A stretch of 64,000 bases of DNA, taken from positions 1 through 64,000 of the forward strand of contig CAVVYR010000027.1 of the NCBI GenBank assembly GCA_963752475.1, read 5' to 3'. A program made the position numbers and the translations under genes. Below are positions 28,270 through 40,488 of the stretch, one piece after another. The stretch is from an uncultured Chloroflexia bacterium (GTDB taxonomy: Bacteria; Chloroflexota; Limnocylindria; Limnocylindrales; CSP1-4). How positions within the stretch are numbered: position 1 is the stretch's first letter; every line of letters begins with the position of its first letter. The notes beneath the pieces are model-generated. The model was not told the DNA's origin. It ran no database searches and saw nothing but the letters and a program-made list of their open reading frames with translations.

Positions 28270-29333
28270 ATGAACGTGAAGCGAATTGGGATGAGTCAGC
28301 GGCTTACAATGGCCGTCCTCACCGGAGTGCTGGCGACGACCAGCCTCGCGGGCGCCGTGCAGGCGCAGGAGGAGTCCAAGGGCCTCGTCGCCTTCTCACA
28401 GTCGGCGCTGGAGAACGAGTGGCGAGTCCTCAACTCGAACGACATGGAAGCTGCGGCCCGCGCGCTGGCTATGACTTCATCACGACGAACGCGGGTGGCG
28501 ACCCGGCCCAGCAGCTCGCTGACGTCGAGTCGCTGCTTGCGCGACAGCCAGACCTTCTGGTCGCTCGCCCCAGTGGAGTACGAGCCGCTTGCCCCCGTGC
28601 CCGACATGGCGGAGTTCGCTGATGTGCCGCTGATCGTCATCGACCGGTCCATCCCGGGCGAGCCCGGCACGGGCAACTGGATCAGCCTGATCGAGGTCGA
28701 CTTCGTCGATCACGGCCGCCAGCTCGGCGAAGAGGTCGTGATGGAGCTGGAGCAGAAGAACGGTGCCCCAGAGGGCAAGCTTCTGCACATCACCGGCATC
28801 ACCGGTGCCTCGACCGAGATCAACATGACGGAGGGCATGAACGAGGTCTTCGCGGACTACCCCGGGATCGAGATCGTCGGCGTCTGCGACGGCAAGTACC
28901 AGGAGGAGCCCGGGCGGACATGCATGGAGAACTTCCTCCAGCGCTTCGGCCGCCGGTGAGGTCGATGGCGTGGTCTGTGGCAACGACTACTCGTGCTTCG
29001 GAGCCATCCAGGCGATCGAGACTGCTGGGCGAGACGATCTCCTCGGCGCGATCTGGAGCCAGGGCGGTGCCAAGCAGGCGCTCGAGTACATGGTCAAGCC
29101 GCTCGACCCGCCGAACGGCCCCTTGACGACCTGGTACTCGTTCTCCGTCCAGACACCCCCCGAACTACGGCGAGGTGACCATGGAGACCTTCGAGAAGTG
29201 GCTGGCCGGCGAAGAGGTTCCGGCCCGGGTCGCTGTGCCCAAGGAGACGTTCAACAACAACACTCCCGAGCAACTCGAGCGCGCGCAGGAGCGCATCGAG
29301 GAGCTGGAGGAGCTTGGTGTCGGCTGCTGCTGA
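28270..29333 (+). CDS. Monosaccharide ABC substrate-binding protein (RbsB-type), several frameshifts
   Basis: Signal peptide, [22 protein letters not shown]; fragments in three frames. Confidence 0.8.
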
Positions 29334-29360
29334 CCAGGACTCTGACCGTCCGGGCCCGCA

Positions 29361-30898
29361 GTGCGCGGGCCCGGACGTCACCGTCGCAACCGCACCTTGG
29401 TGGCGATGGCCGGGGTCTCCAGGTCCTACCCGGGTGTCCAGGCGCTGAAGGGCGTCGACTTCGACTTGCTCGCTGGCGAGGTGCACAGCCTGGTCGGCGA
29501 GAACGGCGCGGGCAAGTCGACGCTGATGAAGATCCTGGCCGGCTCAGAGCAGCCCGACGAAGGTCGCATCGCCATCGGAGGCGCAGAGCATGCGTCACTG
29601 ACGCCCCAGCTCGCGCACGACCTGGGGGTCTCGATGGTCTACCAGGAGCCAGACCTCGTCCTCGATCTGTCGGTCCGCGACAACATCGTGCTGGGGCGCG
29701 AACCGCGCGGGCGGCTTCCGGGCTCTACGACCGACGGTCGGCCGAGCGGCTTGCAATGCGATGCGCTTGGCGCAGGTGGGCGTCCCGATCTCGCCGCGCG
29801 AGAAGGTGCGCAATCTCAATCCCGCCGCGCGCCAGCTCGTCCAGATCGCCAAGGGCATCTCGGCGAACGCGCAGGTGCTCATCCTCGACGAGCCCGGCGC
29901 CGTCCTCAACGACTTCGAGCTGGAGCCATCTGTTCGAGCTGCTGCGCACGCTGGCTGGCCGCGGACACGGGGTCGTGCACATCTCGCACCGCCTCGATGA
30001 GGTCCAGCAGATCGCCGACCGCGTCACCGTCCTCCGCGACGGCGAGGTCGTCTCGACGCGCGAGCGCGGCTCGGTGACACGAGGACGCGCTTGATCGCGG
30101 ACATGGTCGGGCGGGACGTCGAAGAAGCTGCCCGGCGTCCGAGCAGTGCAGCACAGATGGCTGGTGCTTGGAGTGCGAGTCACTGACCGTGCGCGGACGC
30201 ATCCGCGACGTCAGTGTCGAGGTCCGGCGCGGCGAGATCGTCGGTCTGGCAGGACTCGCTGGCGCCGGGCGAAGCTCACTGCTCAAGGCCGTCGCCGGCC
30301 TCGTGCCGCTTGACGAGCGGGACCGTGGAGCTGGATGGGCGAGACGTGACCCGCTGGGGCTCGGTTCGACGCTACTCGCAGGGACTCGGATACATCCCGG
30401 AGGGCCGCAGGCAGTTCGGCATCCTGGGTGGGCGCTCGATCCTCGACAACACCATGGTCCGACTCTTGGGCGAGTCCGCGTTCAGTCGCGTGGATTGGGC
30501 CGGCGCGCGGCAAGCGTGTCACCGAGGTGGCGACGAGCCTCGAGGTCAAGGCGCCGTCCGACCGCCACCGTCATCGACACGCTGAGCGGTGGCAACCAGC
30601 AGAAGGTCATCGTCGGCCGTTGGCTCGCTCCGAGCGGCGTCAAGGTGCTCCTGCTCGACGAGCCCACCGCAGGCGTCGATGTCGGAGCCAAGTCCGAGCT
30701 GCACGGTCTCGTCATGGATCTCGCCGCACAGGGCCTGGGTGTGCTCGTGGCCAGCTCGGACCTGCCGGAGCTCCTCGGCTTGGCTGACCGCATCGTCGTG
30801 CTCGCGGGTGGGAGGTGACGGGCGAGCTCGAAGCCGAATCGGCCACGCAGGAAGCCATCATGGCGATGGCGGTCCCGGGAGCCGAACGTGTCAACTGA
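29361..30898 (+). CDS. Monosaccharide ABC ATPase (RbsA/MglA-type), frameshifted
   Basis: [44 protein letters not shown]. Confidence 0.88.
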
Positions 30899-31874
30899 CG
30901 CTCAGGGTGTGGCCTACGCGGCTCCCCGCGCAGACCATGCGCTCGCAGAGCGCTGGCCGCCTTCGAAGTGCTCGACGTCTGGATCATCCTGGCCGTGGCG
31001 CTCGCGCTGTCGGTCGCGTTCGTGCCGTTCTTCGCGACCAAGTTCAACATCAGCAACCTCCTGACCCAGTGCACCATCCTGGGCGTCCTCTCCATCGCCC
31101 AGTACCTGGTGGTCGTCGTCGGCGAGTTCGACCTGAGCGTCGGAGCCGTGATGGCCGCCGCCTCCGTAGTCTTCGCCTCGGCGGCCGACCGACGGCCTGC
31201 TGCTCGGGATCGGGGCCGCGCTCCTGACCGGGCTTCGTGTTCGGCGTCCTCAACGGCGTCGATGACGACCTACGGCCGCGTGCCGTCGCTGATCGTGACC
31301 TTGGCGACGCTCGGCATCGCCCGAGGGTTCGCCTTCGCGGTGACCGAGACGGCGATACCGAACCGGACCCAGGAGCTGATGGACTTCGCGCGCACGCTCG
31401 TCGGCTGGGTGCCTGCCAGCACCATCCTGTGGTTGACCCTCGCCGCCCTGGTGACGCTGTTCCTGCACTACTCCGGATTCGGTTCACACTTGCTCGCCAT
31501 CGGCGGCAACGAGGCTGTCGCGCGTACGTCCGGTATTCGCGTCACCGCCGTCAAGATCGCGGTGTTCACGACCGCGGGAGTACTCGTCGGCATCGCGGGC
31601 GTCCTCTTCGTCGTCAGGACTGCGCAGCGGCATTCCGCAGGGTGGGGCCGGGATGGAGCTCGCCTCGATCGCCGCCATCGTCATCGGTGGCACCCGTCTC
31701 TTCGGCGGTGAAGGCAGCCTGCCCAAGGCCATGGCGGGCGTCGTGATCTTCGTCATGATCCGCAACGCACTCGGCTTGCTGGGCGTCGATCCATTCGTCA
31801 CTGACTTCGTCATCGCCGCGGTCATCATCGCTGCCGTCGGAGCACGCACCATCGGCCAGCCCAGGGAGATCTGA
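30888..31874 (+). CDS. Monosaccharide ABC permease, frameshifted
   Basis: FDLSVG, PSLIVTL, IGGNE..A..SG, IAAIVIGGT..GG. Confidence 0.85.
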
Positions 31875-32892
31875 TGCGACCCTTCGGAGCCACGTCGGAA
31901 GGCGCCACGACAGCTCCGAGAGCAGCTTGCCGGGTTCGTCCGGGCCAACAGCATGGTCGTCATCCTGCTGTTCATGGTGGTGGTCGCGACCATCCTGTCC
32001 GAGGGCATCTTCCTGCAGCCGAGCAATCTGACGACGGTGCTCTTCCAGGCGAGCGTGCTGGGTGTGCTCGCCATCGGCCAGGCCATCGTCATCCTTTCCG
32101 GTGGCCTGGACCTTTCGGTCGGCGCCATCGCGCTCCTCTCAGCGGTCATCGCCGGCTCGATGAGCGACCCGACACAGGACGTCATCCCGCGTCTGCCGCT
32201 CGTGGGTGCGATTCCGGTCGCGCTCCTCGCGTGCACCGCCTTCGGGGCGGTCAACGGGGCCTTCGCCGCGTTCACGCGGATGCCGATGTTCATCGTCACG
32301 CTGGCTACGTCGCTTGCCGGCGGCAGCCTCATCCTGCTCATCGGAGGCGGCAATGCGGTCGAGCCCGGGGATCCGTTCTGGATCGACTTCGGGCGTTCGA
32401 CGATCGCTAGCATCCCCTTCCCGGTCTTCGTCTGGGCCGGGCGTCGCTCTCGTCGCTGCGCTATGGCTTCGCTACACATCCTCGGGCCGACAGGCGCTCT
32501 TCGTCGGCAGCGCCCCACTGGCATCTCGGTTCGCTGGCGTCCCGGTGGTGCGAACCCGCTTCCTGACCTACTCCCTCAGTGGGCTCCTCGGTGGCATCGC
32601 CGGCTTGCTGTTCCTGGCCAGGACCGCGTCGGTCGTGCCCGGCTCGCAAGGAGCTGACCTGGTGCTGAACACGATCGCCGCGGTCGTCATCGGCGGCATC
32701 TCGCTGCGGGGCGGCCAAGGCCGCATCCTCGACGCGGTCATCGGCGTTCTCGTCCTGGCAACCCTCACCAACGTCCTGGCCCTGATGCTCATCCAGCCGC
32801 GAAGTCAGTCCCTGTTCATCGGAGTGGTGATCTTGCTGGCCGCACTCATCAACGTCCGTGTCGCTGGCCAACGAAGTGGAGCAACAGCATGA
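31874..32892 (+). CDS. Monosaccharide ABC permease, frameshifted
   Basis: GGLDLSVG, FIVTL, IAAVVIGGISLRGG. Confidence 0.85.
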
Positions 32893-33657
32893 CGAGCAAT
32901 CGCGTGCACATCCTCAACAACGGCGTGTGGAATGCGCCTGGTCCAGTCATCTACCGCCACCCTTCGGGGCGCGTGGAGCCAGTCGCGATAGCGATGAACT
33001 TCTTCCTCATGGAAGCTGGGAAGCAACGCATCCTGGTCGACACGGGCATGGACGACCTGGATCGCTTCATCAGCGACGATCTTCGAGATGAGCTGGGACT
33101 GGGTGAGATCGGCTCGACGAAGGCCGAGCTTTCCCGGATCGGACTCGAGCCGGAGGACATCGACATCGTCCTGCTGACGCATCTGCACTTCGACCACGTA
33201 GACAACATCGCCGAGTTCCCCAACGCCCGCGTCATCCTCAACGAGATCGAGTGGCGATTCGTCACGACCCCCAGGTCTGGCTCCATCGTCTCGCGCGAGG
33301 CCTTCCCGAGGGCGACCGCTCGCCTATCTCATCGACGAGGCTTGGGAGCGGCTCGAGCTCATCGATGGCGAAAGGGAGATCGCACCAGGAGTCAAGGCCA
33401 TCTGGACCGGAGGACACACGCCCGGCCATCAGATCGTGACCGTCGACACGAGCGCAGGCCTGGTCGTTCTGGCAGGTGACGAGATCGCCACCTACGACAA
33501 CCTCGATCTCGATATCCCTATCGGCGGTTTCCATGATCTCGACAATCTGGTCGCGTCGATGGAGTTGATCCGTAGCCTCGGCGGCATCGTCGTCCCGGCT
33601 CATGAGCCGCTCGTGGCGCAACGACACCCAGAAGGCGTGATCCCAGCCGGGGAGTAG
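32889..33657 (+). CDS. Metallo-beta-lactamase-fold lactonase (AHL-lactonase family), frameshift near 33320
   Basis: VDTG, THLHFDH, GHTPGHQ, LAGD, PAH. Confidence 0.85.
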
Positions 33658-33668
33658 TGGAGGTAGGC

Positions 33669-34417
33669 ATGTCTCGGTTCGATGAACAGGTCGTGGTCGT
33701 GGTTGGCGGCGCCAGTGGCATCGGTGCGCGCACCGCGGAGCGCTTCGCAGGCGAGGGAGCATCCGTGGTCGTGGTCGACCGCAATCCGTGCTGAGTTGGC
33801 CTGCGATTCGCGCCTCGGCCGTCGCCGACGTCACGGATCCCGCCGCATTGACCAGCGCGTTCGGGGTAGCCAGCGATCTCGGGCCCATCAAGGTCGTGGT
33901 CAATGCCGCCGGCGTCAGCGCCAAAGCACAGCTGGTGGTCGACTTCGACCCCGAGGCTTGGCTCAAGACGCTCCAGGTCAACTTGCTCGGCTCGATGCTG
34001 GTCGGCGCCGAGGCTGTCCGGCGGATGTCAGCGACGGGAGGCAGCATCGTCTTCGTGTCATCGAACGTGGCCCGCCGCGGGTTGCCCTACCGCAGTGACT
34101 ATGTCGCGAGCAAGTGGGGGATGCTGGGTCTGGCCCAGACGCTGGCGCTCGAGGTCGTCGACCTGGGCATCAGGGTCAACTCGGTGCTGCCCGGACCCGT
34201 GGATACCCCGCTCCTGTGGGAGGTCGTGGACTACCACGCTGAGGTCGAAGGCAAGACACGTGAGCAGGTGGCCGAGGAATGGCGCGTGGGCGCTCCCATG
34301 AAGCGTTATCCCGAGGCGGACGAGGTCGCAGACGTGATCATGTTCCTCGCCAGCGAAGCCAGCTCGGCGATGACAGGGCAAGCCCTGAACGTCACGTGCG
34401 GCGCCCTGATGACCTAG
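33669..34417 (+). CDS. SDR oxidoreductase, frameshift near 33790
   Basis: GGASGIG, NAAG, YVASK, PGPVDT. Confidence 0.88.
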
Positions 34418-34428
34418 GCCGTCGAACC

Positions 34429-35446
34429 ATGCGTGCGATCCCTGAACGAGCAGCCTTGGGCAGCCTCGAACAGCTTGCCGGTGTCGACGAGTTCGTACTG
34501 GCGGCTGGTCCGGCAGCCGGCAGCCGAATCTGGCGGGTCCGCACCGGAGGGCGACTGACGGTCGACCTCCTGCCCGACCGCGCCATGGACGTCGGCCGTG
34601 TCGAGATCGGTGGCATCCAGCCAGCCTGGTGGTCCCCGATCGGCTACGCCAAGGGCGCGTCCTCGAGACCCGGCCCGATGGAGTGGCTGGACCAATTCTC
34701 CGGAGGATTGCTCACCACATGTGGGCTTCAGACCGTGGGCTCGCCCTCGCGACATGACGACGTCGATTGGCCGCTCCACGGCTCGATCTCTCACGATCGC
34801 TGCCGAGAAGGCCAGTTGGTGGTTCGTCGCAGACCCAGCGCCCGAGCTCGTGTGCGCCGCTGTCGTGCGCGAGGCAAGCGCCCTCGGCCCGAACCTGGTG
34901 CTCACGCGCGAGCTGCACTTCCCCTTGGGTGGTTCTTCGATCCGACTGGCGGACCGCGTCCGCAACGAGGGTTTCGAGCCTGTCGCGATCCAGGTCTTGT
35001 ACCACGTCAACCTTGGTTGGCCCTTCACGACCGACCAAGCTGTCTGGTCGTTCCCTCCACGATCGATGGCGCACCCGCTCGATGACGCCGAGCCGACTGC
35101 TAGTGACTTGATGGTCACCAGCGTACCGGCGGGCGTGTCGCGGCTGTTCCGCCATCGGCTTCACGAACCTGGAGACAGGCTTGTGCTCGGAGCGAGGGTG
35201 CCAGTCCCACGGTTCGCTGACGAGCAAGTCGAGGTCCGCATCGGCTACCGGCCTCGGCAACTGCCCGCGCTTTGGTCATGGGTAGACCGCCGGGCAGGGC
35301 GCAACGTGGTCGGCGTCGAGCCTGCGCTCGGAGCTGTACCTGGGCGCGCACAAGCTGCGGCCGATGGCCTGATCGAGACGCTGCCGCCAGATGGTGAGTG
35401 CTCCTTCGACCTGACCATCGAGCTGAGCCTGTGGCCGTCGAGCTAG
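34429..35446 (+). CDS. DUF4432 / aldose 1-epimerase-like protein, frameshift near 34800
   Basis: LPDRAMD, FSGGLLTTCGL, PLHGSIS, LYHVNLG, GVEP. Confidence 0.8.
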
Positions 35447-35488
35447 TGGTGGCTCGCTGGTGCTCACGTTGAAGCAGGAGACCTGTGC

Positions 35489-36574
35489 ATGAAGTTCCTC
35501 GAAGCGGCCGATACCGAGTTCGACCTCGTCAGTCTGGGCGAGTGCATGGTCCGGCTCAGTCCTCCGGCGCATGAGCGTCTCGAGTTCGCGGACTGTTTGG
35601 AGGTCCACGTCGGGGGCGGCGAGTACAACGTCGCCTACGCACTAGCGAGACTGGGCCTCAGGACTGGCTGGATCGGTGGCTTGGTCGACAACCCACTCGG
35701 ACGCCTGATCGGGAACCATGCGCGGGCAGCCGGCGTCGACCTGTCCTCTGTGGTCGCCGTGCCCTACGACGGGCTTGGCCGGGAGGCACGCATCGGGCTC
35801 AACTTCACGGAGGTCGGATGCGGGGTGCGCCCCTCGCTGACGATGTACGACCGGGCCCGATCCGCGACCGCCAACCTGCGACCCGAGGATGTGGATTGGG
35901 ACGATCTGTTCGGAAGGCGCGGGGTGAGGTGGTTCCACACCGGAGGTATCTTCACGGCGCTCGGCACGAACACCCGCGAGGTCGTCCTGGCTGCGATGGA
36001 GGCCGCCAAGCGAGCTGGCGCCTTCGTGTCCTACGACCTCAACTTCCGGGCGAAGATGTGGGACAGCCAGACCGCTATCTCAGCCTCTCGGCCATTGATG
36101 GAGCACATCGACTGCCTGATCGGCAACGAAGAGGACTTCCAGAAGTCGCTGGGCTATGAGGTCGACGATGTCGCAGCTGACCTGCGTGAGCTCCCCGCGG
36201 AGTCGTACGCGCAACTAGCGAGGCGCGTCGTCAACGACTACCCGAACCTGTCGTTCGTGGGCACCACCCTGCGTGAGGTGGTGAGTGCCAGCATCAACAC
36301 GTGGTCCGCGGTCCTGTATGAGCGAGCGACCGACACAGCCCACGTCGGCCCTCGGTTCGAAGCGATGACGATCGAGGATCGCGTCGGGGGAGGCGACGGC
36401 TTCGCCAGCGGTTTGGCCTGGTCGTTGCTGAGCGGCTTCGATAGCCAGCGCGCCGTCGCCTTCGGCACGGCCCACGGTGCCCTGCTGCAGACCACCCGCG
36501 GCGACACCAGCCAGATCACGCTTGCCGAGCTCAAGCACATCGAAGCAGGTGGTAGCGCTCGGATCATCCGCTGA
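35489..36574 (+). CDS. kdgK: PfkB sugar kinase, 2-keto-3-deoxygluconate kinase-like
   Basis: GGGEYNVA, SYDLNFR, GNEED, DRVGGGDGFASG. Confidence 0.85.
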   Translation: MKFLEAADTEFDLVSLGECMVRLSPPAHERLEFADCLEVHVGGGEYNVAYALARLGLRTGWIGGLVDNPLGRLIGNHARAAGVDLSSVVAVPYDGLGREARIGLNFTEVGCGVRPSLTMYDRARSATANLRPEDVDWDDLFGRRGVRWFHTGGIFTALGTNTREVVLAAMEAAKRAGAFVSYDLNFRAKMWDSQTAISASRPLMEHIDCLIGNEEDFQKSLGYEVDDVAADLRELPAESYAQLARRVVNDYPNLSFVGTTLREVVSASINTWSAVLYERATDTAHVGPRFEAMTIEDRVGGGDGFASGLAWSLLSGFDSQRAVAFGTAHGALLQTTRGDTSQITLAELKHIEAGGSARIIR

Positions 36575-36632
36575 CGTGAACCAGGTACGACCGTCGGAAG
36601 GACCTTCGGTCGCCACAAGAGGAGGGCCCATC

Positions 36633-37290
36633 GTGGTGGATCGTGCGGCGTTGATGGCGGAGATCGAGGGCAGCGGGGTCGTAGCCGTGATTCGCGCTCC
36701 CTCGAGGGATTCGGCGGTGGATATCGTATCGGCGCTGGCGGATGGGGGAGTGGTCGCATGCGAGATCACGATGACCACGCCCGGCGCGCTGACCGCCATC
36801 GATACCGCAGCCGCGAAGCTCGGCGACAGGGCCATCATCGGCGTTGGAACCGTGCTTGACGCGGAGACGGCGCGAGCTGCGATCCTCGGCGGGTGCACAG
36901 TTCGTCGTCGCACCAACGCTCGACCACGAGGTCATCGAGATGGGGCATCGCTACGACCTTCCTGTGATGCCAGGGGCCATGACGCCGACCGAGATCTTCG
37001 CGGCCTGGACTGCCGGTGCGGATGCTGTGAAGGTCTTCCCGGCCACCTCACTCGGGCCTCGATACTTCCGCGACCTGGCCGGCCCGTTCCCGCAGTTGCG
37101 CCTTACGCCTACCGGCGGGGTCGACCTCGACACTGCGGCCGACTGGATCAGGGCGGGGGCCATCGCCGTCGGCGTCGGCACCGCATTGGTTCGGAAAGAC
37201 TTGGTTGCCGAGCGGGATTGGAACGGGCTCGCTGGCTTGGCAGCTCGCTACGTCGACGTCGTGCGCAAGGCCCGCGAGGAACAAGCATGA
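36633..37290 (+). CDS. eda: KDPG/KHG aldolase, frameshift near 36890
   Basis: VVAVIR, EITMT, GVGTVLD, PGAMTPTE, VKVFP, PTGGV. Confidence 0.88.
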
Positions 37291-38475
37291 AGATCACTAC
37301 CGTCAAGACATCCGTTCTCAGGGTACCCCTGGGGGACGATCGCTTCTACTCCTCTCAGGCTGCGTTCCCAGAGCGGAACAGCCTGCTCGTCCGCGTGGAG
37401 ACCGACGACGGCCGTGTCGGCTGGGGGGAGGGCGGCCAGTACGGCCCTCCCGAGCCCGTCCAGGCCTGCATCGACCACGTGCTGGCACCATCGCTGCTCG
37501 GGCGCTCTCCACTGGATGTCGGCAGGATCTGGGACGAGTCGTACGCGACCACCCGAGACTTCGGCCAGAAGGGCACGTACGTGGAGGCCATGAGCGCGTT
37601 AGACATCGCCTTGTGGGACCTCAAGGGGCAGGCGCTCGGCGTCCCCATCAGCGACGCTCCTGGGCGGTGGGTTCAGAGACAGCATCGCGGCCTACGCGAC
37701 CGGCTGCTACTACCGCGGCGAGCACGTCTCTCGACTTCGCGGCTTCGCTGGACGCCCTCGGTGCCGAGGCCGCGTCATATGCCACGGCCGGTTTCAGCCT
37801 TCTCAAGATGAAGGTCGGGCTGCTGCCTGTCGAGGCCGATGGGGAGCGTGTGCGGGTCGTCCGTGATGCCATCGGGCCCGAGGTCGGCCTACTCGTCGAT
37901 GCGAACCACGCCTATGTGGCACCGAAGGCGATCCGCATGGGCCGTGTCCTGGAGCGATACGACTGTCTCCTGTTCGAGGAGCCGGTCACGCCCGAAGACC
38001 GTGAGGGCTACCGCACCGTCCGCGCCGCCCTCGATGTGCCCATCGCTGGTGGCGAGGCCGAGTTCACTCGCTGGGGCTTCCGCGATCTGATCGAGGGCGG
38101 CTGCGTGGATATCGCGCAGCCCGACCTCTGTGTCAGTGGCGGGTTCACCGAGTTCCAGCGCATCGATGCCATAGCGAGCGCCCACGGAGTACCGGTGGTG
38201 CCACACGTGCTGGGGCAGCGGGATCGCCCTGGCGGCCGCGCTCCACGCCATCGCGTCGCTCGCGCCCATGCCCCATACCGCCAACCCCGTTCCGCTCCAG
38301 AACGAGCCAGTCGTCGAGTTCGATCGCAATCACAATCCGCTGCGCGACGATCTTGCTCTCGGGCGCGATCACCATCGGGAGTCGACGGACGCGTGCCGGT
38401 CCCTACCGGCTCCGGGCTCGGCGTGGCCGTGGATGAGGAAGTCGTCGCAGCATTCGAGACGGGTAGCCTGAGTGA
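37287..38475 (+). CDS. Mandelate racemase/enolase-superfamily sugar-acid dehydratase, frameshifted
   Basis: GWGEG, DIALWDLKG, KMKVG, DANH, FEEP, GGE, QPD. Confidence 0.85.
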
Positions 38476-39627
38476 CCACGCTTCGGGTGTTGGGCTGGGA
38501 CGACCCTCGCGGCCGAGAGCCACTGCGGTCGCAGCCGAGCGGTTCGATCGGCTTCGATCCGAGGGTCGACGTACGAGGGTCACCCGCGACCATTGGCTGC
38601 GTTCGAGGACCAGCCCATCGAAGAGGTGATCCGAACCCACGACGTCATGTGCATCGATCACCCCTTCATCGGCGAGGCGGCTTCCCGTGGGTACTTCGTG
38701 CCGCTCGAGGACTACATCGAGAGCGCAGTGCTTGAAGCACACCGCCGAGACGCGATCGGGCCATCCTGCGATAGCTACGGCTGGCGTGGCCGTCAATGGG
38801 CGTTCGCCATGGACGTGGCCTGCCAGGTGAGCGCCTGCGCGACGACATCATGTCTCGACCTCGGCCTCCCGCCACCAGACTCCCTGCAGGCCGTACTCGG
38901 CCTAGCTCGACAGCACCCTGGAGCGGTGGCGCTGTCGCTCAACCCGACCCACTCGTTCTGCACCTTCATCTCGCTGTGCGCGGGCGCAGCCGGTGGCCGT
39001 GCCGATGCGACTCGGCTTTCGGGTCCCTCGCGATGTCGGGCTCTGGGCCTCGAATGGCTCCAGGAGCTCGTCGCCTTCGTCCATCCCTCGTCGGCGACAT
39101 CCGATCCCGTCGAGGTGCTTGACGCGATGAGCGTGGCGCATTCGAAGGTCGATACTGCCCGTTCGTCTTCGGCTACAGCAACTACGCCCGGCCTGGCTAT
39201 CGACCGCGGCGGATCACGTTCGGTGGCGTCGTCAGCGCCAGGGGCGACGAAGGTGGGTCCATCCTCGGTGGTGTCGGCCTCGCGGTCTCAGCCGAGTCCA
39301 CGATTCCGCGAGATCGCTGCCGAGTTCGCTGCATCGTAGCCAACGCGGACTTCCAGCGCGACCATCTGTTCGCTGCCGGCGGTCAGCCGGCGAGCCGCAG
39401 CGCGTGGGACGACGCCGAACTCGACCGCCGTTGCGGGGGGTTCTTCTCAAGCACGCGCGAGACGACTGAGAAGTCGTTCGTACGCCCTCGCTTCGACGGC
39501 TTCCACTCCCGTCAGAGATCGATGGCGGCGACGCTCCATCGCCTGATCTGGGAGGGAGGCTCGGCCGCCGAGCGTGGTCGACTCGCTGCTGGAGGAGCTC
39601 ACCACCGAGATGGGCGCTCGCCCGTAG
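38472..39627 (+). CDS. Solute-binding-fold protein without signal peptide, frameshifted
   Basis: LRVLGWDDPRG, IDHPFIG, DVACQV, GGQPA; homologous to 50271..51467. Confidence 0.7.
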
Positions 39628-39634
39628 CCCACGG

Positions 39635-40425
39635 TCAGGTCATCAGGAAGCCGCCGGTCACATTGAGGGCTTGTCCAGTCATGGCGCTGCTGGCGTCACT
39701 GGCGAGGAAGAGGGCGACCTGAGCGACCTCATCTGCAGTCACGAATCGCCCCATCGGCACGTTCTCCCAAGCCGCTCGCATCGTACTCCACCTCGACCCC
39801 CTCCGCCTCGGCATGCATCTGCAAGGATCTGCTCGATACGGTCGCCCTCGACAGGTCCGGGACAGATGGCGTTGACTCGGATACCGTCGTCGACGAGCTC
39901 CAGGGCCAGGGTCTGAGTCAGACCGAGCAGCGCCCACTTGCTGGCGACGTAGTCAGCTCTGCGGGGAAGCCCTCGTCGAGCGACGTTGCTCGCGACGTTG
40001 ACGACGCGACCGGATCCGCTGGCAACCAGATAGGGGATAGCTTCTCGCGTTACCAGCATCGTCCCAGTCAGGTTGATGCTGAGCGTCTGCTCCCAGTCGG
40101 TCAGGTCCATCTCCCGCACGAGGTGAACACGACCGTTCGTCCCGGCGTTGTTGAGCAGGACATCGATCGCTGCCCCCGAGTAGCCGCAGCAGCCCTCGCC
40201 ATCGTGTCGACGACCTGGGCCTCTTGACTGATGTCGCACCGCAATGCATCGACAGTCCCGCCCAGGCGGAGGATCTCCTCGACGGTGTCTCCGGCGCCCG
40301 CTTGGTCGACCACGACGATGCGTGCGCCCGCTCGGGCGAACGTAGTCGCCAGATGGCTGCCCGAGTCCGGCCGCTGCGCCGGTCACGACGACGTTCTGGC
40401 CGTTCAGTCGAGGTAACAGTTCCAT
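39635..40425 (-). CDS. SDR oxidoreductase, frameshifted
   Basis: TGAAAGLG, NNAG, YVASKW, PGPVEGDR, TGQALNVTGG. Confidence 0.85.
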
Positions 40426-40488
40426 GCTGGGAGCCTCCATCATGCCAAGGGCATGACCCTTGAGCGTTGCCGTTCGGGTGGTCCCGCG

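Noticed and set aside
29331-29378. Selenocysteine readthrough (TGA plus hairpin)
   Set aside because: Another stop follows three codons later; the hairpin fits an ordinary intercistronic stem; no sel genes seen.
32889-33657. Quorum-quenching AHL lactonase
   Set aside because: Its context in a sugar-acid operon favours a metabolic lactonase.
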